Origin: Azolla caroliniana
Lineage: Eukaryota > Plantae > Polypodiophyta
Assembly: GCA_043228905.1 (NCBI GenBank)
Contig: JBHGNT010000001.1
Coordinates: forward strand, 36,828,001-36,892,000
Direction: 5' to 3'
DNA: 64,000 nt
The position numbers and the translations under genes are program-made. This document shows positions 23,191 through 37,775 of the stretch, one piece after another (positions within the stretch are counted from its first letter, which is position 1; every line of letters begins with the position of its first letter). The notes beneath the pieces were generated by a model that was not told the DNA's origin, did no database searches, and saw only the letters and a list, made by a program, of their open reading frames with translations.

Positions 23191-24899
23191 GCCATGCACT
23201 TCATACAATATCTTCATGTAGAAAAAGAAAGACAAAGTGCTACTTTTGATATATTAATGCTTTTCATGTTGTATTCGGGGGAAGTTTGACATGACATAAA
23301 TTGGATCAAAAGTTAGTTTGCATTAAAAAAAATTTATCTTGTTGTTTAAATTGGGAGTTGCAAATTCATACACAGTTTCATAAGCAAAAAGGTGCAAAAA
23401 TGCATACGGGGAATGATGTTGAGTATTTATGCATATGCTCTTTCTCTCATGCATGGCTTTCATTTAGAGCCAGCTACTGGCTGTTTACATTAGGCAGTTA
23501 TGTTATGTATCTCTGCCTTGCATTTATCTTCGCATTGTATTGAATACTATGATTCATGTTTTGTATCTCCTCCTCCTAGCATTTATCTTCTCATTGTATT
23601 CAGTCTTCTTTGACTTTAGTCTTGCTGTGAGTTATTGTGAATTGATGAGTGCATATTGTGATAAGAGATCAGGGTTAGATCAAAGGATTTCTCACATAAA
23701 TGGAGTTTATTAAAGATGATTTGTAAGCTACATATAATCTGAGAAGGAGAATTCAATAGTGATTGAGGTCATGATGTGTCTAAAGCACAATATAATATAG
23801 ATACCATAAAGAAAAAGGCGTCTAGAAGGAATACCAAGTGTATGTTTTGAAGGCAAATGTCACCACACTTCATTTTCTCTCATCCTTTCAACAAGTCCCA
23901 CAACTTTCAGCGTTGGGATGTTCTTATGAATGAGTATTTGAGGCACTTCATATATGGATACAGGCATCAAGCTTTAACCATTCTAGCATTGTCCTATTAT
24001 GAGGCATATTACTGCAGTTTTAGATCTACATTCCGATTCTCCTTGTTTTCAAGATCCATTGACGATATTTGTTCAATCGAGAATGTCAGGGGTTTGAGGT
24101 GGCAAAGGTGCATTTTGACATTTATAGAGCATTTTTAGTACAATTTCATAAGTCCCCTTCTTAGGAAGAAGTCACATACAAGGTATGCTGATTTGATGTT
24201 ACATGTCAAAAGTTGCTGCCACATTAGATTCTTCACCAAAATGAGCTATGAAGCAAAGTTCATGTTGTTATTTAGAAACATGTTGGTTTGAATATAGAGT
24301 TAAGATTGACTCTAGCATTAGCATGACTTTGAGTCAGATTTCATGCTTGACCTATTAAGATCACCATCACCATTAAGGAAACTTCCATCTCTCCCTCAAA
24401 GAAGGAATTGCATTTTAGTCCAACAATCTTATTGCTCTTTGCCAAATATTGTACAAACATCCTTGCAAACAAACCTCCAAATTTTGTTGCCAATTTCCTT
24501 TTCGATCATCTTCAGGCTCTATTAATGTGCCATTTGAGACTTTACAAACTTTATTTGACATTTGGCAAGAAGAAACCATTTTAGCAATCATTATATTGTT
24601 GTACAAACACATATTCATTGACACCTATGATACAACAAAAAAAACTAAAGGCCATTTTTATAATGTCCTTGTATTTCAAAGTAGAAGAAGACAAGAAAAT
24701 GCCTAAAGTCTTTTGAATAAGTTGTGCAATAAATCCTCAAATAACATAAACAGGTATAAAGCATCAACATCACTCCTAAAACTTTACATCACAGAAAACT
24801 TGAACAAACTCTAAATTTTGTGGTGTTTCTTTTCTCTCAAAATTCAACTCTTTACCACTTGCCAATTACGTTTCTTGTTGTTAATTGAGCTGGTTGTTA

Positions 24900-25267
24900 G
24901 GATCACCCACATCGTGTGCTGAAACATTTACACATTGTCTACTACTACTACTGCTATGAGTCATGCTAATTGTAGTAAAGACACATACTAATGATAGTAC
25001 ATGTAACGTTCTTTGAGAATATTTCCACTCGCAGGACTAAAAAACTTCATTTCCTTTGTGAAGCAATTGTGGTTGTCATTGGGATCACCCACATCATGTA
25101 CTGAAACATTTTCACATTGTCTACTACTACTACTACGAGTCATGTTAATTGTAGTAAAGACACATACTAATGATAGTACATGTAACATTCTTTGAGAATA
25201 TTTCCACTACACTTATTGAGATTATTTCCACTCGCGGGACTAAAAAACTTAATTTCCTTTGTGAAGC
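24900..25267. repeat. Imperfect tandem duplication, ~180-bp unit
   Basis: ggatcacccacatc...tttcctttgtgaagc at about 24900-25065 and 25082-25267. The second copy has an extra ~22-bp internal duplication. Confidence 0.9.
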
Positions 25268-25488
25268 CTCTATAACATCTTCTTACCAGATATTGGGTTT
25301 CCTTGAAACTTTAATGCTACACATCCTTACAATAAACATGTACAATGAACAATGGCAAGAACTTGAATAATTTTTTCACAAGAGTATGAAAGAATCTCTT
25401 AGCTTATTTGTTGCACAAAAAGTATAATTTATCCGACTTCAAGATCCAATCTTTTTCCATGTTTCCTTGTACCTTGCCCTTAATTCGT

Positions 25489-28328
25489 TCACTTCACTCT
25501 TGTATCCTCCTTGCCTGATCTTTCGTATAGTGTCTTATATACAATCCGAGTCCGGATAGACAAGATCACGGAAAGCACCACGCCGATAACACACACAGCT
25601 GACATTATCAAGAAAGTCAAGCGGAAACACACTGCCCCAGTACATGTCGTGGATTCAGATGAAACGACCATGGAATAGAGTCCTACAGCATTTTGCTTTG
25701 CCGCTTCTCGGTCATAAAGATAACCTGCAAGGATTCCAGAAAAGAACACTGATCCCACCGGATTTGCAAGAGTGTAGACATTGTAAAGCATGCCAAAGCT
25801 TTTCATCCCAAAGATCTCTGAGACAATGGGTGGCACAATACCCCAGTGAGAACCATACCCTATTCCAATGAAAAGAGTTCCAACATATAATGTGCCTGGC
25901 CATGCCATAGCAAAAAGGAAATGACCAATCACCATTATGATTTGTGCGAACGCCAGAGCCCATGACCGAGGAAGTGAATACTTTCTGTAGAAGTAGAGCC
26001 AATCAACACAAGGAAACCATTACGTGATTATCTAATAAAACTTTATTAAAAATCTAAGAATACTTTATTGATTATCTGAGACATTTGATAGTGATCTAGG
26101 ACACTTGACTAATGAACTGAATCCACAAAAAGAAAGCATTGTCTCTTGATGTGATTATCTAAGACCTTGATTAATGATTTAAAACACAGTTGTTTAATCA
26201 CCTAAAACAATTTTTACCAATGACCTAAGACACTTGAAAGATGATCAAGGAAATTGATCAATGGTTAAACATTTGACAAGATATTTTTTGACTAGTTATC
26301 TAAGACATTATTAATGATTTAAAACTCTTCAACTAACTACCCAAAACACGATGAAAGAACTCAAACTTGAAGTATGACCAAAAGACTGATTCATGGCGTA
26401 AATGCTAAACTGGAACGGTTTCCTTAAATAATTGACTAATTATCACAAGCAAAAGCTTGGATTGAGCACCTGGCAAGAATTTCTGACGCATAGCCTCCAA
26501 TAAGACGGCCTAAGAAGTTCCAAATGCTCATCATTGAAACAAAGATGTTTGAATTGCTATATCCTTGAGATTGACTCATTTGCCCCATGTTATCAATGGC
26601 AGTCAAACCCGTAGCAGCTCCACATAACAAGGACCAAAAGAGCAACCAAAAGTCAGCCTTCACGAGGGCTTGAAGAAGAGTGAAATCTTCTCCTCGTCTC
26701 GGACCCTTCTTTTTCTTCACTCTCACTGCCCCTTTTGCTGCCGCTAATATAATGCGATTTCGAATCTTGGTAATTTCATGCTCTTTTATGTCATCAGGGA
26801 GTAGCTCAATATTTACTGGTTTTTCATCCTCTAACTCGCTAAAATCAACCGATCCCGTAAAGCTCCCGGCTCGGCTTGAAGTTCCATTTCGATTTTGCCC
26901 TAAATCATTGCTTGTAAAACCAACATCTGCCATTGGAATTTGCTCACTCAAAAGAGGAGTTACAACCTCAGTGTCCTCTTGAGGTGTCCTGACAAGTTGT
27001 GAACCAGTAATGATCTTACTGTTCACAGGAACCTGGTTCTTCGTCCTTACATACCATGACACAAGAGGAGTGGCAAGGGGTAGCAATACAAGGAAGAGCA
27101 AGATTATAGTGATGGTTAATCTCAACGAGAAACTTAATGTAACAAAGTCTTGCACGACCAAAACACCCATTAGATAGATGGCCAAGACAAGGCAATCAGC
27201 ATAGATGAATGTGAAACCAATAGACTCAGATCTTGTGCTATCTCCTGTCTTCACTCTGATTGGTCGGATAATGAACATAACAACGACAGCCACCATAGTT
27301 GGGCCTACTGCAACAATGAAGAGAAAAGCAGCCTCATCTGGTGCAAAGAAAGTAGTGTATATTTGAGTAAAAATAGCTCCACAAAGTCCCGTAAATCCCT
27401 TCAGTAGCCCGACAACATGGCCTCGACTCTTTGGAAAGTTGCGAACATTTGTTACCAATGCAGCCGTGTTGAAATAGGTCTCTCCATTTGTGCCAATGAA
27501 TGTAAGTATACAGATCTACGGAAGGACAATAAGAGTAGAATAGATCAGCCAAGGATATGCAAGGATCCATGCATCTATAAGAAAGAAAGACAAAGAACTA
27601 GCTCCTGTAAATTGGCACATTAGGTTAAATGCCTTTATGGACCCTTTGCTACACTGAGACATCTCTACTATAACAAAGGTATATATCTAAATACACAGAA
27701 TCTAATGACGAAGATGACAGACAATCATGAAGCAGAAGAATTAGAAAATATCATGAGCTACATCCGAATTCGTTTAAGTGAGGTTTCGATGACAAAGCAA
27801 GATAAATCAAAACAGAGGAATACAGATTTGATGTACAACGAAAAATAGTGATAACGAATACTCTTCAGATCCATAGAGACACACAAAGTGAATGATGATG
27901 ATATGAAACTACGTTCAAACCAAATTACTTGTATACAAACCGGAAGAAATAGAAGCACATGGATGGACGGAACTTACAGCCCAAAAAGGAAGAGCGGAGA
28001 CTCTCTGAGTGACAACAAGCCATAGCCAACCATATCCAACAAGGTTCTGAATAGCTCCAACAAAAATCAGACCCGAAGGAGGAAGAACTTCACAAAGGTA
28101 TCCTGCAAGAAAACCTATAGAATCACCAAAGTCTTTAGCATTCCCTAATATATTGATCTGTTGTTGATTATAACCTAACGAGGTTTTTATCAAAGGGGAA
28201 TAGCTCCCAAAAGCATATCCAATTCCAGCACAAGCTTGAATCCAGAAAGACGCTACGAGAACTAACCATCTGCTCTGCCAGAACTTCGATGCTAAAGAAG
28301 AAGAAGAGGAAAGATCATCGATCGGCAT
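25489..28328 (-). CDS. Nodulin-like major facilitator superfamily transporter (NFD4-like), 630 aa, 3 exons
   Basis: Exons 28328-27978, 27515-26470 and 25984-25489 with GT-AG junctions and continuous frame. Motifs RWLVLVASFWIQACAG, GETYFNTAALVTNVRNFPKSRG, PRRGEDFTLLQALVKADFWLLF, CTGAVCF. Confidence 0.95.
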
Positions 28329-28569
28329 AGCGATCAATGAAGATTCACAGTTAGAACTTTGAAAACAAAAATGTGGGTTTAGTTCTTGATGATAATGATA
28401 CTTAAGATGGGTTCTTCCTCATCATCGTTGTAACAGATGCTTCAGCTCGTTCTAGATATATAGATATAGATATCGATATAGAAAATCGATCAAATTTGAA
28501 TGTTTGGAGATATTTTGTGTATCATTTTGTCGATGTGATTAGATTTGAAAGGTGCATATATTTGGGGGT

Positions 28570-28624
<55 letters not shown>

Positions 28625-28689
28625 GATTTGTTCGTGTCATTCATTCTTCAGATTTTCAACTTCATCAGATGTCCGCAAGGGAATTTTCT

Positions 28690-28720
<31 letters not shown>

Positions 28721-28792
28721 CCTCTCTCAACCTTTAGAATAATTGTCGTCTTCTTCTTCTGCTGCTTGTCCTATTTAGTTTCGAACTTTGGA

Positions 28793-28900
28793 TGGGAATC
28801 GGCAACGGTTCGGTTTCGCCTTAACCGGTTTGGCCTTGTCCAAACCTAGCCGGTTAAGCCTAAACTGGCTCGGGAGTTTCCGAACCTGAACCAAACCGAT
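28793..28900. mobile_element. One end of a MITE-like element upstream of the MFS gene
   Basis: tgggaatcggcaacggttcggtttcgccttaaccggtttggccttgtccaaacc is homologous to the reverse complement of 41247-41301. Confidence 0.65.
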
Positions 28901-31900
28901 TACATGCGTGAGTAGGAATGGAATTACAACATTGTCATGTGCATGTGATGTAAACTTGCAATATTATGCTCGAAAAAATCAGTTATATGCAAGTGACATT
29001 CAAGATGGGTTAATTTGACATCTCACCTTGAATATCATCATGGTAGGTTCTTTCTAATACAATTTATTATTACTTTAATAATCACTCTCCATGTGCTACT
29101 GAATGGAACATTTATACTTCTTATCGATCACCAATTGGTTATTAGCATTGTCGAATGCATTCTAAAGCTTTATAATTCCTAAAGGTGGGTTCATCCATGT
29201 TAAAAAATAAGATGCACGCAACCATGTAGTTGTCAGACATCGAGAAAACCTCCTAGCCCAATAAAATGTGAAAGACTTTAGTTAAATATGCATATAAAAT
29301 TATGTATGGTTGTCCTAACTATTCTACATTCAAGTTTTATCTAGACTCAACACATGTCTAATTGTATGATATATTCTCCTAAATCTAGTTGGCGACCTTT
29401 CAATCTGCCTAGAAGAACATCTATATAGTAAAATGAAGCTATTTAGAAACTAGGTGAAATTATGAGCATTGTACGTTGAGATGACCATGTAGATTTGCAT
29501 ATATAACGTACTGCTAGTTTGTGTAGTTGTCATAAACATAGACAACAATAAATAGTCATATGATTATGAATCAAACATTAAGAATACTAATTGTGTTTTG
29601 AGTAATGTTCTCGATATTTGATTGACCAATGGTCATTTTATACAATCATGCAACACCATTAAATTCAATCGAAGTTTTTCTAGCAATATTTTTGAAATCC
29701 TCTTTAATATGCATCGAGTTGTCAACAACATTTAAGATTCCTTGCAATGATTTGTATTTAAAACCTTAACACATTAATAGCACACAATTCACATTATATG
29801 GTTAGATTGTCAATGCATGTGCAAGTTTGGCATATCAACATGTTTAAAAACCTGTCCTCTTTTCCCAAATCATTAGTTCAACTTTTGATGGTTGGAATAT
29901 AACCTTTATGACGTAGCTCAATAATCACACTTGTCAGATGTTTCATTAACACATACATGGTAAGAGATCATAATTCGTAACACTAATAACTATCAGCCTT
30001 CTTAAACTATAGATATTGTTCAATGATATAGGAAAACATGAACGCAATATGAAAACCCATATCAACGTTTGGCATGAGATAATAGATCATAATTAAAATG
30101 CAAGCTGCAAAACTTTCATCACCACAATAATGTATGTAGTGAGAGACAAAAGAAGATGAGTAAGATTCTTATGCTCAATGTACAAGTTACTCACGCGGAT
30201 GGAGTCGTTATTATAGGATCGCCTCCACATTATATGCTTGAACATTCAATAATAATATTAATATAACCACAAGATACTAGTGCAATGTGCAAACCCAATA
30301 TTTTTATCAGATAGGTAGATTACAAATAGTGAGTAGGCTACAAATGAATGTGTGAGACCAAGGTACAAAGAGAATTAAAAATGAATTATTCTAGCATTAT
30401 CATCAACAAAATTGCTCATTCTAGTTACATTATATTATTAAAATATAAAAATTGCCCTTGATCAAGGATGTTTTTGAAGGACCATGTTCAAAGCTTGAAC
30501 CTTTTGCATCTAGTCACACAACAATATAAATATAAAAATGATTGATTATCATCTATGCATCATATATAAATATAAAATTTTGTTTCTTAATGCACTCTAT
30601 GATCAATCATGTGTATGTGAAAAATAGATGCTGTAAATGGAAATATCTTCCTTGTCATCTATTCATGATGTTATTCGATGTTCCTTAAAAGACTTCTTAA
30701 ATGCGAATGTTAGCTCCTAGCCAATTAGATTCCAATATCATACAAAGAATGTTACCCTTTGAAATTAGAATCATGAAAAGGGATAACCAATCATGCTCGT
30801 CATACTTGGTCCACAACTTTACCTTCCGTCGTGCAAAATACACTTTACCTTCCAAAATAATTCATATAGAACTTTTCAATTTAACTATTTATGGCTGTTT
30901 ACAAGCAATAATGTGGGTAGGTCTTTGCTGTAGTGCACTTCCCTTCATACACTTGTGTTTTCAATCACGTGTCAAAGAGCCTTGAATTTTTTTTCTTTTA
31001 ACTTACAGACTATACCCCAACATTGTAAACAAGAGGAAAAGATTTGATCAAAGGTAGTTTAACGTAAACACATCACACTCACCACACTCCATAAATTTGA
31101 CAAGTTGTATGCACCCTACCAGCAACCATTGAATCATTCAGCAACTACCATTACTACATTGTACAGGGCAAAGGTGTTGGAAACCCCACCAATGCTTACA
31201 AAAAAACCACACCAGAGTTGAACCATGTGCATAGACTTAATAGGAGGTATTCGCCATAGCGTAGAAATGAAGACAATACACAAAAGTGAGAGACTACAGG
31301 TAGACATTATACAGAAACAATGCTGGGCGTACATCAGTTATCCCCCACCAACAAAATCAGTTCCTCTCTTCCAGCTAATTTCATCCCCCTTCTTTCTTCA
31401 GAAAACGTTTGTAATAAAAAGCGTAGGATAAGAAATTTTGCACTTTTTATCCAGAAAGGATGTATAAACAAGAAGATTATTTAATGAAATGGGTTAGAAG
31501 GTCTCACTCCTGAGCAACAAGTGCACACCTCATCCAGAAGGAACAGCATACTGCACCAACAGACATGCACTCTAAAATAAGGATTGTCTAGGTGCTGATT
31601 TACCTTAACCATGAACTGTCAACCCAAACAGCCTATAACCTAGCAGATTAAGCTTCAGACAAGACACAAATTTCCAAAGTACTCCCTCAATCTTAGCAGT
31701 CATCAATAATTCCTTTATGCATTGGATTATTTACACACTTTTCAGTTCAATAAAAGCTCTCTATGTTCAGTTAAATAATATATTACACCTGGGATGAGAC
31801 CACATTCTAATCAACCCATGGATACCACACCCAAATCAAGCAATGGATGATCATCTTTTTAATTCGTTCAATTCATGACCAAAATACTGGCCTACCATTC

Positions 31901-32372
31901 TACAGATACCATCATGACTCACTCCTAACATTGTAAGTGACTAGAGATCCCCAGAAGTATATATGCAATCGCATTTCACTTTAACTAAAGACATAACAAT
32001 GAAGTTCTCATTGTTTCATATTCCAAATCAACATATTTTCGAAAGTCATCAGAGCTTTAGATTATGATGATACCACAACATTCAACCCTGTGTAAGTTAC
32101 CAAATAGGAAAACACACATGAGACAATTTGAAAATAGCAAGAGGTTGGTTTCCAAGCAAACTCACATATGGCAAAGGCTACCCAGGACAATTAACAAACA
32201 TGTAGAAAGAGCTTTTAAGAGCAAAATCAAAATTGAGTCTATACCAACGGCTCATTGAGGGAGTTACATCAAGATCATAAAAACGCATCAGAATCCAATA
32301 AACTATTAAAAAGAAGTAGAAAAAGGGATATCCTAAAACTCAGAAGTAGAAAAAGGCATAAAGTATAACGTT

Positions 32373-33472
32373 TCAAGGCTCTGCAATAGTAACCTCTACT
32401 TCCACTCCAGGTTCAATTGTGATGGAGGTAATCTGTTTAACAACCTCAGAAGAACTATGAAGGTCGATTACCCTTTTATGCACTCGGAGCTCAAACCTGT
32501 CAAAAGTGTTTGTTCCTGCAATTTCAACAGACGATCAGCAATTCATCAAGTTTAAAAACATGATAACAGAAAATATCTACATTAATACTATAGCAAGTCT
32601 GAAGTTTGCTTTTTAAGGAATGCATATGTTGCAAACTATAACAACCATGGACAAACCACTGGACCTGAAGAGATCAGTAAAATTGTTATAATACAAATAG
32701 CTGCATGTTAGTATTCAAGGAATAAATACAATATAGAACACCATGTCCAGTAGCTGAACTACAACGTTCTAATTCAGTGAAAATATACAAGACATTGATT
32801 TTAACTTCAACTCCCCATGAGACCGTGGTTACAGCAATCCAAATGGTAAAATAGTTGAATGGACACAATACAAAAAAAGGAAAAATATAACAATGTGAAG
32901 AACTAACCTTCCCCACAAGGAGACTTGCGAGTTGTGATGCGAAGCACCTTGGTAGGCATTCTAACAGGTCCTTTCACTTTAAGCATCTTCTCTTTGGCAC
33001 CACGAACCAAATCAGCACAAACTATATAACATAGAATCAAAGGAAAAAGCATGAAAGTTCACATCAAGCATAAGGTTAACAGATAAAATGCATCTTCTTT
33101 ATTCTTAAATGACATAGCTATGTCCAAAAATGCCCCAGGACCCAAGTTACAAGAGAGTATAACAAGACTCACAGCAATAAATTGCTCTCAATTTGGTTAG
33201 CTAATACAATTATACAGTAACAGTTGATCTGACAACATATTCGCTCAAATATACATACAATACTTCTCTCCCTAGTTTACCAAGGGCATTTCAGAATATT
33301 TCACAACTATATAGAAGTGTCTTGATATAATATAGATATCAATGCCCTTACCTTTTTCTAAATTTTTAATACTCTTTGAAGAAAGAGTGATACGAATCCT
33401 GTGTAATGCCTCCTGTGGTTCTTCAAAACCCAACTTTCCAGGCTTCACAGCTGGTGGCATTGTCATTGCCAT
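32373..33472 (-). CDS. RPS20: 40S ribosomal protein S20 (uS10), 125 aa, 3 coding exons
   Basis: Exons 33472-33352, 33021-32908 and 32515-32373: [78 protein letters not shown]. Probable 5'UTR intron 33474-34414, with a telo-box-like AAACCCTAG at 34518. Confidence 0.98.
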
Positions 33473-34836
33473 TCTGAAAACACGAGTTAAAAATGTTCAA
33501 ACAATAACTCTCACTCGGTTCAAAAGACGCTACTTTCCCAACGAAAAATAATTTGGTAAAAGTACAAGCAGTGTTTAACATCTGCTTGAAGCAAGAAGAC
33601 TTTCAAATTTATAGGAAGCGTTTTCACAGGTCTATGGACTCGAAAAGGGACAGTTAAATTCAATAGCGAAACTTAAATATACCAACGTTTATAGCTATAG
33701 GGAAAATGAAGAAATAATTCAGACATAAAAATACAACTTAGAAAAAAGGCGGGGGGAAGCTTCATTTACATTATGTTAATTCAAAGAAATATACTGCATT
33801 AGCAACGTCAGATAATATCAGAAACCTCATGGCTATATATATATATGGACTAAAATTGAAAACTAGTAACGTAAAGTAGACTCTAAAATAATATTAGCAA
33901 AACATAAAATATTTCTCTTATTGTGACTTCGATCAACTTCGGTGAGACGTTTGGGGCACATTCTCGAATTATTCTTTGTGACGGATAAGATGAGAAGTAG
34001 GCTTCAAGGAAAAAGAACACCGTAACTCACGCCGAGACAATAACAGAAAAAATTCAACAAAACAAGCTACAATAAGGCTTCAGAAGCTTCAGCAATAAGA
34101 TATTCTGTAAATAGTACGACCACCTTCTAGTCTATTTTTGCGAATAATCAATTAATTCCTCTAGAAACAGAAAACTGGGATCTTCGAATGCTACGAACCC
34201 TAAGCAAATCTCCAATATTTCTGATCAATATCTCGACGGTAAAATACGACCGTTTTTCAGAAGTTAATGGAGATGTAAAGCATTTCTAACCAGAGGAAAA
34301 CTAGCAAAGCGAAATAAGATCCCATTGTCCACTGACTATTGACAACATACATCCCATTCCTGCCTTCGAATTCATAGGTAGAATGTGAAAGTAAAGCGTA
34401 AGAGAGGCAAATACCTGTATAATCGATCCCCCGAGACAGACACCGAGAAGGCCGCTTGCTGAGGGGAGGAAAGAGAAGCTACTTCCTCGTCTTTCGTCTT
34501 CTTCAAAGAAATCTGAGAAACCCTAGTGCCTGCGATTATATGGGCGTGGGTGTGGCCCTTTGCCCTCTGGTTTCACACACAAAGGAAGTCCACATTTCCT
34601 TGGGCTGCCTACAGTTTCTAGAGAAGAAGGCCGGCCATAAGGACCTTCACCCTCAACCCCAATAATAATACTATACACTTTCACTATCACTATGCATAGC
34701 CTCACTCGTCTTATCGTCCCGTCTCTTTTCTCATGCTACGTAACGATAACAGCTTTACTTGATTCCATATAAATGAGTTGGATCGGAAAATGGTAGCATT
34801 CATTGTCTATGATAGGGTTGTTCATCTCATTGGCAT

Positions 34837-35091
34837 TCTATGTATATGTGTATACTCTTTCCATGGGGGCACACACACACACACACACACTTTGTTGTGT
34901 GTTAAGGGAAGAAATGTGTATTGGGATGGGATATATGTAGTTAGGGCTCTATGTGCCAAATATGTAGTTGGGGCTCTATGTATATGTGTATACTCTTTCC
35001 ATGGGGGCACACACACACACTTTGTTGTGTGTTAAGGGAAGAAATATGTATTGGGATGGGATATATGTAGTTAGGGCTCTATGTGCCAAAT
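34837..35091. repeat. Tandem duplication (~120-bp core) with (CA)n, upstream of RPS20
   Basis: tctatgtatatgtgtatactctttccatgggggc(ac)n...gggctctatgtgccaaat occurs twice and differs mainly in (CA)n length. Confidence 0.93.
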
Positions 35092-36255
35092 AACCATAAT
35101 GATTCCAAAAGGAAACATTCGACCTCACTCCTCTTCTAAATTCCTAACCAATGTGGTTACTTGCTACCGACGTGTCAAGGAATCCTCCACTTAAGAGACG
35201 ACACCATAACAATGGATCCTTTGTTGGAGAACTTAAACCAATTCTTTCAAACGATTCTTCTTCATTCTACATAGAAGGAATCTTGTATTCTGTCCTACTA
35301 ATTATGGTATCCATGAGCATTTGAAGCATACACATAATTCTTGATTTAACTAATGATTGAGTTATTGTTTATGAGAAGACCTCAATATTAATAAACAACG
35401 ATGAAGTTATTTTTTCTACCATAATTTCATACAAACGCCTTAACCTATCTTTTAGAGTTTCCCAATAATCCAATACACATGATGAAATCTTGCAAAGAAC
35501 AATATTTCAATTGCATAAATAACAATGGCTCATTGGGCTCAATAGATGAAGGATAGAACATTCTTAATGTTGGACTACAAAAAGTAGCCAGATTGAGTGT
35601 AGGCGTGCACAACATGATTCAATCTAATCAACTTATGGGGGTTTGGTTCTTGTGTACCAAGGACATCGAGTACCTTAACGATTTTTTAGTGGTGGCATGT
35701 TCTTACCAATTTCCCACATGTCAAGGACACAATTAGTTCTTATTCGGAGTAGGAAGATTATGACCATGTACTATATATAAAGAATATATTTATATGTAAG
35801 TATTAAGGAAAGTAATTGTTATATGTAAATATCAAGGAAAGTAATAGATGAAGTATAACATCTTAGTAGTGAAATGTACCACTCATTATCCGATTGTCAT
35901 GTACATAGGAAGTAAAACAAATCTCGGGAAAAAGAGATAGCTTTGCTTGGTCAATAGAGTTTTGACATGGTTCAATTCAAAGGTGTAGCTCACCGAACTC
36001 ATTCAAATACCGTAATGTCAAGTATTGCCACATTTCCAAAATTTCTTAGGAGTTGTCTCAAGTCCTAGAGAATATCCATAAAATAAGTGTTGACAATGAT
36101 GACCATAATGTTCTCCCCATTTTCATTCAATGTTAATGATCATAATCAAGGAAAATAGATTAAAGAATGTATTCTCTTTCGTGAGCATTTAAAGGTTGGA
36201 TATAAAATTTTAAACAAGGAAATATTTTCATAAGAAAATTTTGAGATGACAGCAA

Positions 36256-36326
36256 GCGCAGCTGGTGTAGTGGTATCATAGTACCCTCCCACGGTACTGA
36301 CCGGGGTTCGATTCCCCGGCTGCGCA
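36256..36326 (+). tRNA. tRNA-Gly (anticodon CCC), nuclear, intronless
   Basis: Acceptor stem GCGCAGC/GCTGCGC+A, anticodon arm GTACC-CTCCCAC-GGTAC, T arm CCGGG-GTTCGATT-CCCCGG. CAA just upstream and TTTT terminator about 21 nt downstream. Confidence 0.98.
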
Positions 36327-37775
36327 AATGTCTGGTCTGCGCGGACGTTTTATGTTTTGTGTGTATTAGTTTTATAATATTCAAAAAGTTTAACCAAAAT
36401 GGAGAAAGGGCCTTTCTCTTGTATATCTCATCTGAGATCTCCTTCCAAGTCTACTTCATATTGGAAAGGTGCGGTTTCGAAATCTAATCAATATGATATT
36501 CATGAAATTTCCAATCAATTTGTAATTATGTAAATGGTTTTTTGAGATGGAATGGACTTTCTCCACAACAACTCAAGCATTTTTTGGAAATCATGGTCGG
36601 TCATAAAAAATGAGTAAGAAATTTGCATGTTTTTGATGGTTGTTGACAAAGTTAATGAGTGGAGAAATGGGGTAAATGTAGTTAGTACGCGTACAAAGTA
36701 TGGATCTACTAGAGATTGTTAAGAATTGTTTGTAAAGTTGTGATTTTGTGATGGAAAAATGTAAAAGAATTGTGACACTATTAGTTCAAATATATCTTCA
36801 GCTAGCATATACATGGGGGATAGTATTATTGGCGACAGTCCAAGTTAAACCAACGTTATACAATCAAAAGGATGTTTTAGATGCACTTTAAATGATACAT
36901 CGGATGCAAAAAACAAATTTACCTTTGAATCCACAAATAGAGATCATTAAACCTAAAAGATGGCAATTGGTAAATAGTATCACTATTTCATATATTTGGA
37001 AGGCCAAAATTTTGAAGATTATCTAAAATATAACCAAAATACCTACCCAAATAATTAGTGGGATGTGGACAGAGATTGTACATAATCTTTGAGTTTTTTT
37101 GGAGAGCATAAAAGGTAATACAGAATAGGCAAGAGTTACAAAGTTTAGTATTTCGTGGCATATGGGACAAAGGAATATATTACTGGCATATATACAACCA
37201 CACTCTACACATTACTAGCATAGATACAGCCACAACCACAACAGCTTTGCATTCAACAATTATTTATATCTTGCATTACATAATTATGGTAAGTTGATAA
37301 TTTCAAACAATCAATTTATAACAATGTAGCCAACAGAGAACAATCAAAATTGAATTCAAGAAATCGATTTGGGGTTACATGATTATAACAAGCTAGTTGA
37401 AAATCATTACCATTCAGCCAACTCTTCTGTCTAAGCATATTCTCTTATGACAAGTTTCTATTACATCTTTCAACGAAGAATGGAGAAACACTCTTGCTTA
37501 AATCATATTGGGTACTTCTGGAGACATTATGATTAGCAAAGGTTAGGGATAAGATTCTCCAATTAATGGTCCATTGTTACATATAATTCACAAATTACGC
37601 CCTTGTATTGCCATCGTCTCATCACTTCGATGATAATATGTTTTTGGTTTGAGATGTATACTCAAATTTCCTCTTCCTTGCACATGAGAAACAAAACATA
37701 AGCGATGGAATTTATCCTATAATTGGTAGCTTTTTCTAGTATCTTTGTACACCCCCACCCACCCCTTCCTAAACA

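Noticed and set aside
24388-24405. Partial similarity to miR477 (ctctccctcaaag)
   Set aside because: The match is incomplete and no fold-back partner was seen nearby.
24903-24916. ACCCACATCG resembling the snRNA USE element
   Set aside because: No correctly spaced TATA or snRNA sequence follows, and it lies within a tandem duplication.
33474-34414. Intronic snoRNA in the RPS20 5'UTR intron
   Set aside because: No box C (RTGATGA) found on the sense strand. H/ACA RNAs cannot be excluded by eye.
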